Below, piece after piece: positions 56,012 to 64,000 of a DNA stretch of 64,000 bases. The notes under the pieces are model-generated. The model ran no database searches, was not told where the DNA came from, and saw only the letters and a list, made by a program, of their open reading frames with translations. Location: positions 160,001 through 224,000 of the forward strand of contig CAUVXB020000001.1 in assembly GCA_963555825.3 (NCBI GenBank). The letters run 5' to 3'. The stretch is from Alphaproteobacteria bacterium (GTDB taxonomy: Bacteria > Pseudomonadota > Alphaproteobacteria > JAAXGF01). How positions within the stretch are numbered: the stretch's first letter is position 1; each line of letters starts with the position of its first letter. Position numbers and translations under genes: made by a program.

Positions 56012-57301
56012 CTACACGATTCGCGCATAGCGTTCGCGCTCCCAGTCACTGACGGCTCTCTGCCAGGCGCGCAGCTCCCACGCCCGGGAGATTTCGTAGT
56101 ACTTGCTGAAGTCTTCACCGAGCGCGGCTCGAAGCACCTCGTCGGTGCGGAAAGCGTTGAGCGCGCTTTCCAGCGAGTTCGGGAGAGCGAGAAGATCGGC
56201 CCGGTCAGACACGTCGCCTTCGAGTGGGGGGGGAGGCGCCGACTCGTGGTGGATACCGTCGCAGGCCGAGGCGACGAGCACCGCCAGCGCGAGATAGGGG
56301 TTGGCGTCGGCGCCGGGCCGGCGGCACTCGATGCGCGAGTGCTCGTGGCGGGCGGAGTGAATGGCACGGATCGACGCGGAGCGATTCTCGTAACCCCAGC
56401 TCACGTTGACCGGAGCGAAGTATCCGGGCACCAGGCGTTTGTACGAGTTGACCGTCGGATTCAGCAGCAGCGACGCCGCTGGCAGGTGGTCGAGCACACC
56501 CGCGATCGCCGCGGCTGCCACGGGTGTAGCATCATCGGCAGGCGCCGCCGGGGCGAACGCGTTTGTCCCATCGCGCCACAACGAAAGATGCACGTGGCCG
56601 CTCGAGCCCTCCTCCAACGGCATGGTCTTCGCCAGGAAGCTGGCGCGCAGCCCCAGCGCAGCCGCCACGTCCTTGACCGCGAACTTGACGAACGCGGCGT
56701 CGTCGGCGGCTCGCAACCCGGAACGGGCTTCGATGTTCAGCTCCAGCAGCCCCGGGCCTGCCTCGGTGTGGACGGCCTCGAGCTCGACGCCCAGACCCTC
56801 GAGCGCGGGCACCAGGCTGGAGAGCAGGGCATCGAAGCGACCGATCTCATTCAGGTGGTAGCTGAGCCCGCTCGACAGGGGCTCCGCGTCGCGATCCCAG
56901 AGACGGACCTCGTACTCAAACGCGGCCAGCACCTCGTAGCCGAGACCCACCATGGCGGCGAGCGAATCGCGCAACACCTCGCGCGAGGCGAGGTCGCAGG
57001 GACTGCCATCGCGCCAGCTCGGCGTAGCGAGGCAGATTCGCCACCCCGGCCGCCAGCTCAGCTCGCGCAGGGTCTCTGTTTCGGGCACGATCAAGAGGTC
57101 GGGCGCGCCGGCGCGAATCCCATGGTGCTCGTAGTCGGCAATGGGTTCATCCACGGGGTCGAGGCCGAGCCAGAGGTCAGTCATCACGGTCCCGTTGTCG
57201 ACCGCCGACTGGAAGGCCAGCGGCCGGAGCGCCTTCCCCCGAATCGAACCGTGCACGTCGGGCATCCCGAGCAGCACGAACTCTTCGTCCGGGGCCGTCA
57301 T
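56012..57301 (-). CDS. Glutamine-synthetase-like gamma-glutamylamide ligase (PuuA/PauA-like)
   Basis: DVHGSIRGK, AFEYE, HTEAGPGLLE, SSGHVHLSL, NSYKRL, WGYENR, IECRRPGADANPY. Confidence 0.85.
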   Translation of the reverse strand: MTAPDEEFVLLGMPDVHGSIRGKALRPLAFQSAVDNGTVMTDLWLGLDPVDEPIADYEHHGIRAGAPDLLIVPETETLRELSWRPGWRICLATPSWRDGSPCDLASREVLRDSLAAMVGLGYEVLAAFEYEVRLWDRDAEPLSSGLSYHLNEIGRFDALLSSLVPALEGLGVELEAVHTEAGPGLLELNIEARSGLRAADDAAFVKFAVKDVAAALGLRASFLAKTMPLEEGSSGHVHLSLWRDGTNAFAPAAPADDATPVAAAAIAGVLDHLPAASLLLNPTVNSYKRLVPGYFAPVNVSWGYENRSASIRAIHSARHEHSRIECRRPGADANPYLALAVLVASACDGIHHESAPPPPLEGDVSDRADLLALPNSLESALNAFRTDEVLRAALGEDFSKYYEISRAWELRAWQRAVSDWERERYARIV

Positions 57302-58671
57302 TGCTCTCCTCGAGCGGCAGCACCCGGACCGGTGAGTGCCGCCTTCACGTTGCGCTCGACCTCGGCCACCGTCTCGGCGAAGCGTTCGATCATCTCCGCG
57401 AGCTCCTCGTCGGTGCTCGTGTAGGCAGGGGCCAGCAGCGTCTGGTCCCCGGCGAAGCCGTCGCTGGTCGGGTGGGTGGACGTGATCAGCAACCCTCGCT
57501 TGAGCGCCTTGGCATCGACGAGACTGGCCGTGTCGAGCGCATCCGGGAGAAAGGATTGCCCGTCCCGCGGGTCGACGTACTCGACGCCGAGCAGGAATCC
57601 ATGGCCGCGCACCTCGCCGACAATCTCGCACCCGGCAAGCGCGGTCTCAAGCTCCTCTCGCAGCGACGGTCCACGTGCGCTGACGTGGCCCACCAGTTGG
57701 TGGTCGACCATGTAGTCGAGAACGGCGAGGCCGACCGAGCACGGAAGCGGCGCACCGTCCCAGGTGTGCCCCAGATCGAAGGATTTCGAGCCGCTGGCGA
57801 GAGCCTCGTACACATGCTCGCGGCACAGCGTTGCCGCCAGCGGGGCATAACCGGCACCAAGGCTCTTTCCCGTGGTGACGATGTCAGGCTCGATGGCTAA
57901 GCCGTGCCCGGCGAACCACCGTCCGGTTCGGCCCATGCCGGTGACGACCTCATCGAAACAGATCAGGAACCCGTGACGCTCGCGGCGCTCGGCCAGCCCC
58001 TCCCAGAACCGTGCCGGAGGCGAGTACGCGGGCAACGCCGCCGCACTGATCGGCTCACAGAAAAACGCCGAGACCGTCTCGGGCCCGGCCTCCTCTAGCG
58101 CACGATCGAGCGCCTCGAGGGCGGCTTCACCGGTTGGATCGAACCGCTTCGTGCTCGGCGGTATGTGCAGATGCTCGCTCAGATACGGAACGAACGGTCC
58201 CTGGAGCCCAGGACGTCCCGTCAACGCCAACGCCGCCATCGTGGCTCCGTGATACGCCTGCGCCGGCGAAATCACCCGCCACCGCTGCGGTTCCCCTCGG
58301 TCGACGTGATACACCCGCGCCAGCCGAAGCGCCGTCTCGTTCGCCTCGGCACCACCGCTCCCAAACCGCACGCGCGCCATCTCCGGTGCCGCCACGTCAA
58401 GCAGCCGTTCGGCGAGACGCTCCTGGGGCTCGTTCGTGAAAAAATGGTTATACATATAGGTGATCTCACCGGCGCGCTCCCAGGCGGCGTCGGCGATCTC
58501 ACCGAGGCCATGGCCGATGCTGGCGGCCATGGCACCGCCCGAGCAGGCGTCGAGGATCTCGCGGCCTTCGGTGGTGTAGAGCCACACGCCCTCGCCGCGG
58601 TCTATGTTCGGATAGGGCCAGTCGAGGAGGCGCGGAAAGACGCTCGTGGCGCCGGCCTCGATCCCGATCAC
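57298..58671 (-). CDS. Class III PLP aminotransferase, paralog B
   Basis: GEGVWLY, GAEANE, DEVVTGMGRTG, DIVTTGKSL (PLP Lys), GHTW, RGHG. Confidence 0.9.
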   Translation of the reverse strand: MIGIEAGATSVFPRLLDWPYPNIDRGEGVWLYTTEGREILDACSGGAMAASIGHGLGEIADAAWERAGEITYMYNHFFTNEPQERLAERLLDVAAPEMARVRFGSGGAEANETALRLARVYHVDRGEPQRWRVISPAQAYHGATMAALALTGRPGLQGPFVPYLSEHLHIPPSTKRFDPTGEAALEALDRALEEAGPETVSAFFCEPISAAALPAYSPPARFWEGLAERRERHGFLICFDEVVTGMGRTGRWFAGHGLAIEPDIVTTGKSLGAGYAPLAATLCREHVYEALASGSKSFDLGHTWDGAPLPCSVGLAVLDYMVDHQLVGHVSARGPSLREELETALAGCEIVGEVRGHGFLLGVEYVDPRDGQSFLPDALDTASLVDAKALKRGLLITSTHPTSDGFAGDQTLLAPAYTSTDEELAEMIERFAETVAEVERNVKAALTGPGAAARGEQ

Positions 58672-60477
58672 GATGCCGTCTTCCTGGCCTTCACACGACC
58701 GACGCACGCATCGGGTACGCGACGCGGGAGCCCGGCTATATCCTCGGCGAATCGTTCGAACAATTGCAACGCGATTTGTCGTGACGCGTCGGCCATGCGA
58801 TTGGTCTCCTCGAGCAACTCGTCGGGATCGACGCCTACCTCGGCGAGCTCATGGGGATAGGTCTTCACCCAGACGTCCATGATTTCCGGTGTGACCTCCG
58901 GGTGAAACTGCACCCCGAGGCTGCGACCGATGATGAATACCTGCGGACCTGCATCGCTGTCGGCCACCAGCTTCGCGTCTCGCGGGAGGGTGAAGGTGTC
59001 GAAATGCCACTGAAACCAGGGCCCTTCCGGCACCAGTTCCACGTTGCTGCTTCGCACCGGAAGCCACCCTACCTCCGACAGCTCGCCGCGATAGCACTCC
59101 CCGCCGAGGATCCGTGCCAGCAACTGGCCGCCGAAACAAAGACCGAGTATCGGAACCTCGGCCTCGGTCGCGTCGAGGAACAAGCGCTTCTCCCGCTCGA
59201 TCCACGGGAGCCAATCATCGAAGGCCGCGTACTGGGAGCCGAGAGACGCGAGGAGGTCGTAGTCCCGGGGGTCGACGTTCCGGTCGTCCAGGTCGATACG
59301 GAACACGTCCACAGCCGCGCCCAGATCAGCGAGCCACTCACTGAGCACACCCGGCGGCGTGGCGTCTTCGTGCTGTACGATCAGCGCCCGCACGTTGCCG
59401 TCAGTTTCGCTCACGGCGCATCTCCTTCCGCGACGGCAGGCGAACGGTATCCTTGCCGGGACAGCTCGCGCTCAACCTGCTCGGCCACTTCTGCCACCGA
59501 GGCGGCAAAGCGACGAACCATCTCCGCGAGGTCCGCTTCGGTGGTCACGAATGGCGGGGCGAAGAGGCTTTGATCTCCCGCATACCCGTCGCCAGTGGGC
59601 TGTGTGGAGAGGACGAGCAGCCCGTTCCTGGCAGCGGCTTGATCGATTCGACCGGCCACCCCCAGCTCGCGCGGGAGAAACGACCACCCGTCGCGGGGGT
59701 CGACGTAGTCGACGCCGAGCAGAAAACCGTGGCCACGTACCTCACCCATGAGATCGATCCCGGCGAGCGCGGCCTCGAGCTCCTCTCGAAGCGGGGGTCC
59801 ACGCGCCGCAACGTGCTCCACGAGCCCTTCGGAGCGCAAGGCGTCGATCACGGCAACACCAACCGCACAGGACAACGGAGCCCCGTCCCAGGTGTGACCC
59901 AGCGGAAACGCACGAGACCCATCGGCGACCGCGCAGTAGACGTGCTCGCGGCAGATCGCTGCACCGATCGCGGCGTACCCGGCACCCAGACCCTTCGCCG
60001 TGGCAATGATGTCGGGGAGCATGGGCAAACCCTCGGCCGCGAACCATCGTCCGGTTCGGCCCATGCCGGTGACGACCTCATCGAAACAGATCAGGAACCC
60101 GTGACGCTCGCGGCGCTCGGCCAGCCCCTCCCAGAACCGTGCCGGAGGCGAGTACGCGGGCAACGCCGCCGCACTGATCGGCTCACAGAAAAACGCCGAG
60201 ACCGTCTCGGGCCCGGCCTCCTCTAGCGCACGATCGAGCGCCTCGAGGGCGGCTTCACCGGTTGGATCGAACCGCTTCGTGCTCGGCGGTATGTGCAGAT
60301 GCTCGCTCAGATACGGAACGAACGGTCCCTGGAGCCCAGGACGTCCCGTCAACGCCAACGCCGCCATCGTGGCTCCGTGATACGCCTGCGCCGGCGAAAT
60401 CACCCGCCACCGCTGCGGTTCCCCTCGGTCGACGTGATACACCCGCGCCAGCCGAAGCGCCGTCTCGTTCGCCTCGG
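57920..60477. repeat. 430-bp identical direct repeat, 57920-58349 = 60048-60477
   Basis: Constant offset 2128 bp; flanks diverge abruptly on both sides. Confidence 0.9.
58668..59414 (-). CDS. Type 1 glutamine amidotransferase-like protein (candidate gamma-glutamyl-amide hydrolase)
   Basis: PILGLCFGGQ, QWHFDTF, VQFHPE (Cys-His-Glu triad). Confidence 0.88.
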   Translation of the reverse strand: MSETDGNVRALIVQHEDATPPGVLSEWLADLGAAVDVFRIDLDDRNVDPRDYDLLASLGSQYAAFDDWLPWIEREKRLFLDATEAEVPILGLCFGGQLLARILGGECYRGELSEVGWLPVRSSNVELVPEGPWFQWHFDTFTLPRDAKLVADSDAGPQVFIIGRSLGVQFHPEVTPEIMDVWVKTYPHELAEVGVDPDELLEETNRMADASRQIALQLFERFAEDIAGLPRRVPDACVGRVKARKTAS

Positions 60478-60805
60478 ATCCGCTGGTGACGAACCGGACG
60501 CGGGTGAAGCCCCCGGGCGCGACGTCGACGAGCTCGCGGGCGAGGCGTTCCTGCCACGGGTTCGTGAGCCGCTCGTTGTGGACGTAGGCGAGCCGCTTCG
60601 CCTGGTTGCGTGCCACCTCGATCAGATCGCGGCGCCCGTGCCCGAGCGTTGCCGCCATTGAGCCACCGCTCATTGCGTCCAGATAGCGCCGCCCCGCCGA
60701 ATCCTCGACCCAGACACCCTCGCCCCGGACAACGACGGGATATGGCCGGTCTAGTACCAGGGGGAGAACCGACGTAGACGCGCTGTCAACGCTCGATGTC
60801 GTCAT
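59411..60805 (-). CDS. Class III PLP aminotransferase, paralog A
   Basis: GEGVWVED, SGSEANE, DEVVTGMGRTG, DIIATAKGL (PLP Lys), GHTW. Confidence 0.9.
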   Translation of the reverse strand: MTTSSVDSASTSVLPLVLDRPYPVVVRGEGVWVEDSAGRRYLDAMSGGSMAATLGHGRRDLIEVARNQAKRLAYVHNERLTNPWQERLARELVDVAPGGFTRVRFVTSGSEANETALRLARVYHVDRGEPQRWRVISPAQAYHGATMAALALTGRPGLQGPFVPYLSEHLHIPPSTKRFDPTGEAALEALDRALEEAGPETVSAFFCEPISAAALPAYSPPARFWEGLAERRERHGFLICFDEVVTGMGRTGRWFAAEGLPMLPDIIATAKGLGAGYAAIGAAICREHVYCAVADGSRAFPLGHTWDGAPLSCAVGVAVIDALRSEGLVEHVAARGPPLREELEAALAGIDLMGEVRGHGFLLGVDYVDPRDGWSFLPRELGVAGRIDQAAARNGLLVLSTQPTGDGYAGDQSLFAPPFVTTEADLAEMVRRFAASVAEVAEQVERELSRQGYRSPAVAEGDAP

Positions 60806-60949
60806 TTTAATTGGCGCCTTGGAAATAACGGCGTGATGCGATGTGGGAGGTGGTCAGCATCGTGCCGACGAGAACCCGTTCGCGGGTTCACCATAAGCCA
60901 CTTCCCGTGGCGATAGTCAACGTTCCTGGCCCAGGCGCCCAGTCCTCCC

Positions 60950-63493
60950 GTAAGCGTTCGTTCAGGCCGTGGAATGGGTCCCGTCAAGCGCATCTCCCAC
61001 GTTGAGGCGAGGCCCCACAAGGTGCTGTCTTTCTGCTGGTAACGCGATTTGCCATGCGCTATCGTCGTGCGCATGGTGGTTCTGGACGAGGATTTTGGCA
61101 CCAACCTGACGCTGGTCGAGGGTAATGGCGGGGTCCGGTTGTCCCCCGTGTCGGTGCCGGAGCACGCGCCGCGCGACTGGCGGTCACAGTGTGAGCGGGA
61201 ACGGGCGCGGGCGGACGCGGCCGAAGCGCGCGCGGAAGAGCTGCGCTGGGCGGAAGTGGCCGCCCGCAGCGATGGCGGTTCGTGGAAGTCTCGGTTCAAG
61301 GCCTGCCGGCGCAGGCTGAGTGAGGCCGTCGAAGAGACGAAGGAAGCCCGCCGCACGGCAAGGGACGTGCCGTCCTTGCAGGCGGAAGTGGCGCGCCTGG
61401 AGACGCTCCTTTCTGAAGCCGGCATCGCGTCGGCCTTCGATACGGCCGGGGCGCTGCGCAAGGAGAACGCCCGGCTGCGCAAGGCCCTGGCGGCATCGAA
61501 GGCCCGAGAGGGCGCGACCGGGCCGTGGCCCGCTCCGCCCCGGCGGCGCACCGTCCTGGAGCCTTCCCCGGACCAGAAGGAGACCGTCAGGTCGCTTCGC
61601 ACGGAACTCCGCCGGCTCGACAAGGAGGTGGTCCGGCGGGACAAGGAGAACGCCCGGCTGAACACGCGCCTCGACCAGGAGAAGGAGAGGACGGAGCGCA
61701 TCAGGGAGACCGCGAAGAAGCTGTCCAGCGAGTCCCTTCGGCTCCACCGGGAGGTGAGGATACTGGGCGACGCCGAGGCCCGCGCCCGGTCGCTGTCCGA
61801 CGAGGTTTTCTGGCTGCGCCATGCCCTGGAGGTGTCCAAAGCCGGTAAGGAGAAGTTGAAGGCCCGGCTCGCCAAGCTTCGGGCGGCCGGGGCGACCCTG
61901 TCGAAGCTGCCGTCCGACGAGGCCGCTCAACTGCGCGCGGCGTTAAGGCGATCACGGCGTCAGAAGACGACGATCAACGCGCTGCGCAAGGGCAACGCCC
62001 GTCTGCGCAGGACCATGCGGGAGTTGGAGACCCGGAAAGCGGCGCTGGCGGTTCAGCCTGCCAAGCTTCGCGCGATCAGGAAGGCACTCGAGTCCGAGCT
62101 TGCCGGGCTTCGGGCGGTCAGGAAGACGTTGTCGAAGTCGCTGTCCGTTGCAGACGCCGATCTCCGCAGGGCTCTGCGAAGGTCGCGGCGCCAGAAGGCT
62201 ACGATCAAGTCGCTGTCCCGGGAGAACGCCCGCCTGCGCAAGGGCGCGAAGACGTCGCGGAACCGGATCGAGACACTGGAAGTCCAGCTTGAGAGGCTTC
62301 GTGCGACCGGGGCGGTGCTGTCGAGGGCGCTCTACGGCCGCAAGAGCGAGCAGCAGGACAAGCCGGGCTCGGAACACAAGCGCGGCCAGCAGCGCGGCGC
62401 GCCCGGCCACGGCCGCACCCAGCGGCCCGGGCTCGATGAGCGCACCGAAGAGCACAACCCGCCGCCGGATGCGTGCGTCTGCGGCCGGTGCGGGCAGCCC
62501 TATGCGCCGAACGGCGCCGAGGAATCCACCCTCGTCGAGATCGAGGTCAAGGCCTACAAGCGCGTGATCCGCCGTCCGCGCTGGCGCCGGACCTGCGAGT
62601 GCGCGTCGTCGCCCATGGAAGTGTCGGCGCCCCCGGTGCCGCGGCTGTTCCCCAGGACGCTCTACGGGACCAGCTTCTGGGCACGCTTCCTGTTCGAGCA
62701 CTGTGCCTGCTTCCGCCCCGTGCACCGCGTTGCCGCGTGGATGTCCGCCCAAGGGCTGACGGTCTCGCCGGGGACGCTGGCCGACAGCCTGAAGCGGTTC
62801 GTGCCGCTGCTCGAGCCGCTGGCCGAGGCGATCCTTGCGCACCAGAACAAGGCGGCGCTGCGCCATGCCGACGAGACCAGCTGGCGCGTCCAGGAACTTC
62901 GCGGGGAAGACCGCTCGAGCCGCGCCTGGCTGTGGGTCTCGGTCAGCAATGACGCGGTCTCTTTCCATATCGACCCCTCGCGCAGCGCCGAGGCGGCGCA
63001 GAAGCTGTTCGGCGACGCTCTCCTCGACACGGTCATCGTCTGCGATCGCTATAGCGCCTACAAGCGACTCGCTCGCCTTCGCGAGGGCAAGGTGACCCTT
63101 GCATTCTGTTGGTCCCATATGCGCCGCGATTTTGTCGAGTGCGCGGCCGGCCAGGTGAGACTGACGGACTGGTGCCAGGGATGGATCGAGCGGATCGCGT
63201 CGATCTACCGCCTGAACGAGGCGAGGTTGGCTCATTACGACCCCGTGATCAAGCGCCAGACGCCGGCGTTCGACGCGGCGCAGGGCGCGTTGAAGGCGGC
63301 GCTCGACGGCCTGTTCGCGGAGGCCGCCCGGGAGTTGGTCGGCCTGCCGGACCAGGCGCGCCAGGGCAGGGCGCTGCGCTCGCTGCTGAACCATCGCGAA
63401 GGGCTGAGCGTGTTCGTCGACCGCCCGCAGGTGCCTCTGGATAACAATCGCGCCGAAAGATTGTTACGAGGTCCGGCCATAGCAGCCCGTTGA
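60950..63493 (+). mobile_element. IS66-family single-ORF element; TnpC-like transposase with long N-terminal coiled coil, C-terminus truncated
   Basis: GTAAGCG left end at 60950; LYGRKSE, CxxC, HADETSW, VCDRYSAY, CWSHMRRDF, DNNRAERLLR. Confidence 0.85.
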
Positions 63494-64000
63494 TTAAGTG
63501 GCTTTTTCCGGCTCTCACTCCCAGATGAGGAATGCGGCGGCGAAAACCGTCTGGCCGCTTTGCGAGACCCCCAGTGCGACCAGCATGGCCCCGGTGGGCG
63601 TGAGCAGCACGAAAATACCGCCATATCCGCCCGCCACGGCCTCCCGCGGGGTGCCGGCGCCGATGAGCTGGCGCATCAGCAACGATAGGTTGTGGCCGGC
63701 GACGTGGAGCAGGTATCGCTTGTGCACGTTCTCGCGGCCCCGAAGCCAGGTCCGGCGCATGCCGCCGCGATCGAGGTTGTGGGCGAAGGAGCGCTCGACG
63801 ATCTCGGCGCGCAGCTTGAAGGCTTGCTTGGCCACCCCCGATAACAGCCGGGTCCGGTTGTTGGTGACCGCGCGCCGCGCCGCCTCGTCGCCGCGCCAGC
63901 GCGCGAAGCCCTTCTGCTTGGGCTCGGCGATCCGGGTCTTCCACGGGCCGTTGTCCAAGGCCTTCAAGACCGCCCGTGAGTGATAGCCTTTGTCGGTCAC
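63483..64000 (-). mobile_element. 3' part of an IS1182/IS5-like element (runs off the window)
   Basis: TDKGY, LRAEIVERSFAH, GGMRRTWLRG, HNL; end ...ATCAACGGGCTG. Confidence 0.75.

Overview
High-GC window that looks alphaproteobacterial (Zn-finger-type dinB, parE, Rrf2-sufBCDSU-DUF59 cluster, ectoine hydrolase doeA). Core and metabolic genes at about 1-41.5 kb are interrupted by insertion sequences: an IS1111-type IS110 inside a MITE, IS3 in a gamma-glutamyltransferase, IS5, IS630, and IS256 carrying a nested IS in a methyltransferase. From about 41.6 kb to the end is an accessory region: two tandem tyrosine integrases, a RecD2-like helicase, many truncated IS elements (IS21, IS3, IS256, IS630, rve-type, IS1111, IS66, IS1182-like) and a four-gene aminotransferase/amidotransferase/aminotransferase/glutamine-synthetase-like operon. 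Main oddities: (i) five nested copies of the IS1111 non-coding right end (94, 94, 134, 134 bp and full length), all joined at the CA/TG core, so the putative donor-binding part of the bridge RNA is amplified without the target-binding part; (ii) guide-like segments in two different IS1111 ends that each match their own insertion flank; (iii) an array with an exact 52-bp period made of an IHF consensus plus the palindrome GGTGTCAGACACC; (iv) a 430-bp identical tract shared by two diverged aminotransferase paralogs. All calls come from reading the sequence and recognising motifs; no searches or folding were run.
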